Shown here in pieces: positions 44,571 through 48,103 of a stretch of 48,103 nt of DNA. Location of the stretch: IMG/VR virus record IMGVR_UViG_3300043756_000069, positions 1-48,103 of that record; one strand, given 5' to 3'. Numbering within the stretch: the stretch's first letter is position 1; each line of letters opens with the position of its first letter. Made by a program: the position numbers and the translations under genes. This DNA comes from a virus. Lineage: Duplodnaviria > Caudoviricetes. The notes below the pieces were generated by a model that searched no databases, was not told where the DNA came from, and saw only the letters and a program-made list of their open reading frames with translations.

Positions 44571-47008
44571 CTGTACTGGCATCACCACGTAAGGTTGGTA
44601 CGTGTCGGACGTGTGAGTTTTCACCAACACTGTGTCAGAGAAAAGTAGGTAAGACCAAGACAGCGATTGTACTTGACTATCCTACACAACTTGAAGCACG
44701 TAAGGGTAGGTTGCTTGAAGGTGACACTGGAAGACTCATCAAACAAACACTGAACGGATTAGATGTTGACATAAATGACTTACACATCGTCACTGCACTC
44801 AATTGTAAACCAAGTGCATCCAAGCCGAAAGAATTACGAACGGCAATGGAATGTTGCCGAGCTAGGTTACTGCGGGAATTGCGGTCACTTGGTATACAGA
44901 AGGTACTTTGCTGCGGCACCATCGGTTATTCTGCACTCACAAGTACCGAGCGCATTCCGCGTATGGACAAAGTGCATGGTAGATGGTTGTCAGTGTATGG
45001 TATGCAACTCATCGCTACTTACTCGCCAACGAGAGTCCTGATCGATCCTGAGTTATTCCGTGACTGGATACGTACCTTCACTAAGTTCTTCACTGGTAAC
45101 GGACGAGAACCTTGGCCGGAAGTCAGAGTGCACACCATACGCTGGCCGCATGAGTTTGCACAATGGTTATCTGACTTCGCGGTTGATCCAATCTCATGTG
45201 ACATAGAGACTGACGGTTTCAAGGCAATAGATAACAGCATCATCGCTGTTGGGTTTGGTCACATAGCGGATGACAATAGTGGTGACATTGCCATACTTGA
45301 CCAGGACTTACTTGAACAGCGTGAGACATGGGAGTTGATAGCTAGTCAGTTGACCAATGGTGAGACTGACTTTCACAACGCACGGTTTGACTTGAAGTTC
45401 TTGTGTCATGTTCTACGTGCGTCAGGTATTGACTTCACGTTGTCAGGCATTGGCGACACGATGTTACTGAACTACTGCTTAGACGAACGTCCAATGGGTA
45501 GGTACGGTGCACACTCACTCAAGAACATGTCACGTGTCAGATACGATGCACCTGACTATGACATTGACGTTGGCAAGTGGTTGAAGGAATGGCGATCAAG
45601 TAAGACAACCACACGACGTAAGCGCCAGATGATCAAAGAGTTACACACCTACCTGTCGCTTGACTGTTACTACACTGCACGTCTAGGACGTGACTTGCGT
45701 GATGAAGTGGAACAGGAATCACCACGGTTACTGAACCTGTATGACACACTGTACATACCAGGTACACTTGCACTTGCTGACATTGAAGACCGTGGTGTAA
45801 AACTTGACCGTGAATATCTTGAGAGTCTTGCAAAGGAACTGAGTGACAAGTCAAATACAGTCCTTCGCAAGATTCGTGAGTACCTTGAAGAACCTGACTT
45901 CAACCCTGCATCGTCAACTCAGATGCACAAGTTACTGTACAAGGATTGGCAGTTACCAATCATCAAGTCAGCGAGGAAAGGTAAGTACCGTGAAGGACCA
46001 ACGTCACAACCTATTCTCCGTGCACTACGCACCAAGTTCCCTGAGTATCAAACCTTCATCGATCTGATCATTGAATACCGCCAGTTACAGAAAACGCTTG
46101 GTACATACGTCTACGGATTTCTCGACAGAGTGGATAGTGACGGTAGGATCAGGTGTGATTACTTACAGCACGGTACGATTACTGGACGGCTCTCATCGGC
46201 TAACCCTAACCTTCAAAATATCCCTGACAAGTCACACTTCAACTTGGACATTAGAAAAGCTTTTGTTCCGACATGGCAAGATGGGTACATAGTTGAAGGT
46301 GACTATAACCAGCTTGAACTAAGAGTCACTGCACATGTGACACAGGACAAGGCTCTCGTTAGAGCATACGTTGACGATAGAGACTTTCACAGTGATACGT
46401 CAATGGCAGTGCTGCGTAAAGACGCGGAAGGATGGGAACGTTCACTAGTGAAGAACATTGTATTTGGTGCACTGTTCGGACGTGGCGCAGAGTCAATTGC
46501 ATTCGGTCCTGAAATGGATCACGTTGAAGAGATAGGTGAACAACGTTGGACGTTACAAGAGACAACGATTTTCTTCCGGCGGTTCTTTAGTCAGTATCCA
46601 CAACTCCGTGACTGGCAAGCTAACCAACGTGCAATTGCTTACCGTGACCAGCGAATAGAAACTATCTTTGGCAGGATCAGACGCTTCCCATTCATCAGTC
46701 ACAATGACAATGGTGCAGTTGGAAGGTACGCAATCAACACACCTATCCAGTCACCTGCCAGTGACATTACTTTCGATGCGCTCATTCGTATTCACCATCG
46801 CTTGAAAGCTTTGAATGCACGTGTTGGCAGAGTGATCGCACACGTTGTACTGACAGTGCATGACAGCATTGTCGCTGAGTGTCACCCTAAGTATCTCAAG
46901 CCAGTAGTGAAAATCATGGAAGAAGAAATGCAACGTGTGCCTATCAAATCCAACGTACCGTTCAAAGCGAAGATCGGGACCGGACACAATTGGAGTGAGT
47001 GTAAGTGA
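44567..47008 (+). CDS. polA: Family A DNA polymerase with N-terminal uracil-DNA glycosylase-like domain and 3'-5' exonuclease
   Basis: Exo 'DIETDG', 'HNARFD', 'Y...D'; pol 'TGRLSS..PNLQNIP', 'DYNQLELR', 'K...FG..FG', 'VHDS'; N-terminal UDG4-like Cys pattern. Confidence 0.92.
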   Translation: MTVLASPRKVGTCRTCEFSPTLCQRKVGKTKTAIVLDYPTQLEARKGRLLEGDTGRLIKQTLNGLDVDINDLHIVTALNCKPSASKPKELRTAMECCRARLLRELRSLGIQKVLCCGTIGYSALTSTERIPRMDKVHGRWLSVYGMQLIATYSPTRVLIDPELFRDWIRTFTKFFTGNGREPWPEVRVHTIRWPHEFAQWLSDFAVDPISCDIETDGFKAIDNSIIAVGFGHIADDNSGDIAILDQDLLEQRETWELIASQLTNGETDFHNARFDLKFLCHVLRASGIDFTLSGIGDTMLLNYCLDERPMGRYGAHSLKNMSRVRYDAPDYDIDVGKWLKEWRSSKTTTRRKRQMIKELHTYLSLDCYYTARLGRDLRDEVEQESPRLLNLYDTLYIPGTLALADIEDRGVKLDREYLESLAKELSDKSNTVLRKIREYLEEPDFNPASSTQMHKLLYKDWQLPIIKSARKGKYREGPTSQPILRALRTKFPEYQTFIDLIIEYRQLQKTLGTYVYGFLDRVDSDGRIRCDYLQHGTITGRLSSANPNLQNIPDKSHFNLDIRKAFVPTWQDGYIVEGDYNQLELRVTAHVTQDKALVRAYVDDRDFHSDTSMAVLRKDAEGWERSLVKNIVFGALFGRGAESIAFGPEMDHVEEIGEQRWTLQETTIFFRRFFSQYPQLRDWQANQRAIAYRDQRIETIFGRIRRFPFISHNDNGAVGRYAINTPIQSPASDITFDALIRIHHRLKALNARVGRVIAHVVLTVHDSIVAECHPKYLKPVVKIMEEEMQRVPIKSNVPFKAKIGTGHNWSECK

Positions 47009-47101
47009 ATGAAACCAAAGCCACTGTTCACCTATCTCGTTGTACTACTATGCTTCGCAATAGTAATCACACTGATCATTGACATAATCGTCAGACGATA
47101 A
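47009..47101 (+). CDS. Small membrane peptide (30 aa)
   Basis: MKPKPLFTYLVVLLCFAIVITLIIDIIVRR*; starts right after the polymerase stop. Confidence 0.45.
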   Translation: MKPKPLFTYLVVLLCFAIVITLIIDIIVRR

Positions 47102-47214
47102 TGCTTGAACGTGGTGCCATAGGTTTCATGTGCAGTCTCGCTTTGTCTGCACTGTTCGGTATACCTGTTTGGGTAGCCGGTTTGATTGTGGCTTTTTCTT
47201 ATATCGTTTACCTG
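47101..47214 (+). CDS. Small membrane peptide (37 aa)
   Basis: TAATG coupling; entirely hydrophobic. Confidence 0.45.
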
Positions 47215-47331
47215 ACAACAAACGAAAGGTAGGTGACTGCACCACACGACCATACTAGTGTGTGACCGAATCAAAAGGTAGGTCTGTGCGAACACACTTG
47301 CTGGACAGTGAAAACAACGAAAGGTATGTAA

Positions 47332-47769
47332 GTGTCTATCTTCGCAGCAACGTTTGCATTGCTATGGTCACCAGGACCAGTTGAGTTTACTGACTATGCA
47401 ACGTTCAGCAGTTACCCTGAAACCACGATCACCAAAGTTACTTACAAGCGTATACCACACCACAAGATTCGTAAGCGTGTGCAACATGCTGATCCACCGC
47501 CATCATCACCAATGAATACAGCATTGGCGTCTTACTATGATCTGTCAGGTACAGGTGCATGTGGTGTGCCAGCACAAGATGGTTATGCATTTGCCAACTT
47601 GTCATTACCATGTGGAACACGTGTCACTTTCTGTTACACCAGTTGTGTCACTGCCACTATGGATGATCGTGGACCATATGTTAGCGGTAGACTGTTTGAC
47701 TTGAATGTCAATCTGAAAGATGCACTCGGTTGTCCTGATCTATGCGAGGTTAGATGGAAGGTAACATAA
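47332..47769 (+). CDS. RlpA-like double-psi beta-barrel (lytic transglycosylase-like) protein
   Basis: 'ASYY...TGACG...LPCGT.V.........DDRGPYV.GR.FDL'; hydrophobic N-terminus. Confidence 0.8.
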   Translation: MSIFAATFALLWSPGPVEFTDYATFSSYPETTITKVTYKRIPHHKIRKRVQHADPPPSSPMNTALASYYDLSGTGACGVPAQDGYAFANLSLPCGTRVTFCYTSCVTATMDDRGPYVSGRLFDLNVNLKDALGCPDLCEVRWKVT

Positions 47770-47969
47770 GACAAGCATTCGACTGTAGTGACTTGTTTCC
47801 TGAGTATGCACATGCTCACTGTAGAGTGAGAAGCAATACTGCATACGTACAACTGTGGACTGAACAATGGACGGAGAAAGGCTTTACAGTTTCTATCGAA
47901 ATGAACGTTGACAAGATCAGTAACTTTTTAGAGCAGTGTCGCAAACACCAAAGTCACCCTAGGGAGTAG
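47754..47969 (+). CDS. Small hypothetical protein
   Basis: GAGGT RBS; overlaps the RlpA-like gene end. Confidence 0.55.
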   Translation: MEGNIRQAFDCSDLFPEYAHAHCRVRSNTAYVQLWTEQWTEKGFTVSIEMNVDKISNFLEQCRKHQSHPRE

Positions 47970-48103
47970 TCGAGTTCGCAAGTGTAACTGACAACACAGC
48001 AGTTGAAAACGCGGGATACGTCAGTAACTTTCGTACCCTCTGACAGCTAGGACAGCCAAATGCCACGGCCACGTTGTTTGTACTGTAACAAGATAATCAG
48101 ACA

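Noticed and set aside
48048-48058. TAGGACAGCCA matching the closing helix of the large ncRNA (possible second copy or target)
   Set aside because: Only an 11-nt match at the window edge; chance cannot be excluded without the downstream sequence.

Overview
The window is about 48 kb of a tailed dsDNA phage genome with a contractile tail (myovirus type). The host is probably actinobacterial; this is an inference from the PGRP-type lysin, RlpA-like gene, DUF6011 gene and a leaderless start. Layout: (1) 1-17849, a minus-strand virion operon: terS?, terL, holins/endolysin, a 1351-aa portal-MuF-metallopeptidase-ADP-ribosyltransferase fusion, protease/scaffold, capsid, neck, sheath, tube, frameshifted chaperone and the 5' part of the tape measure. 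(2) 17850-20900, a regulatory region containing a ~600-nt densely base-paired candidate ncRNA, followed by an HNH gene whose catalytic His is replaced. (3) 21.2-33.3 kb, a plus-strand array of small genes punctuated by 20 copies of an intergenic element: a fixed 13-bp sequence-variable G.U-containing stem with an N-TCA-NN loop, usually a second hairpin, then a conserved TAACTCACACTCACAAGGAGTAA RBS tail. (4) 33.4-48 kb, replication/recombination genes: SNF2 helicase, Prim-Pol/helicase, RuvC-like, Cas4-like, AAA ATPase, SSB-like and a UDG-fused family A polymerase. The strongest candidate for a new system is the ncRNA + HNH + 20-hairpin cassette array. All product calls come from motif recognition and synteny; no database searches or folding programs were run.
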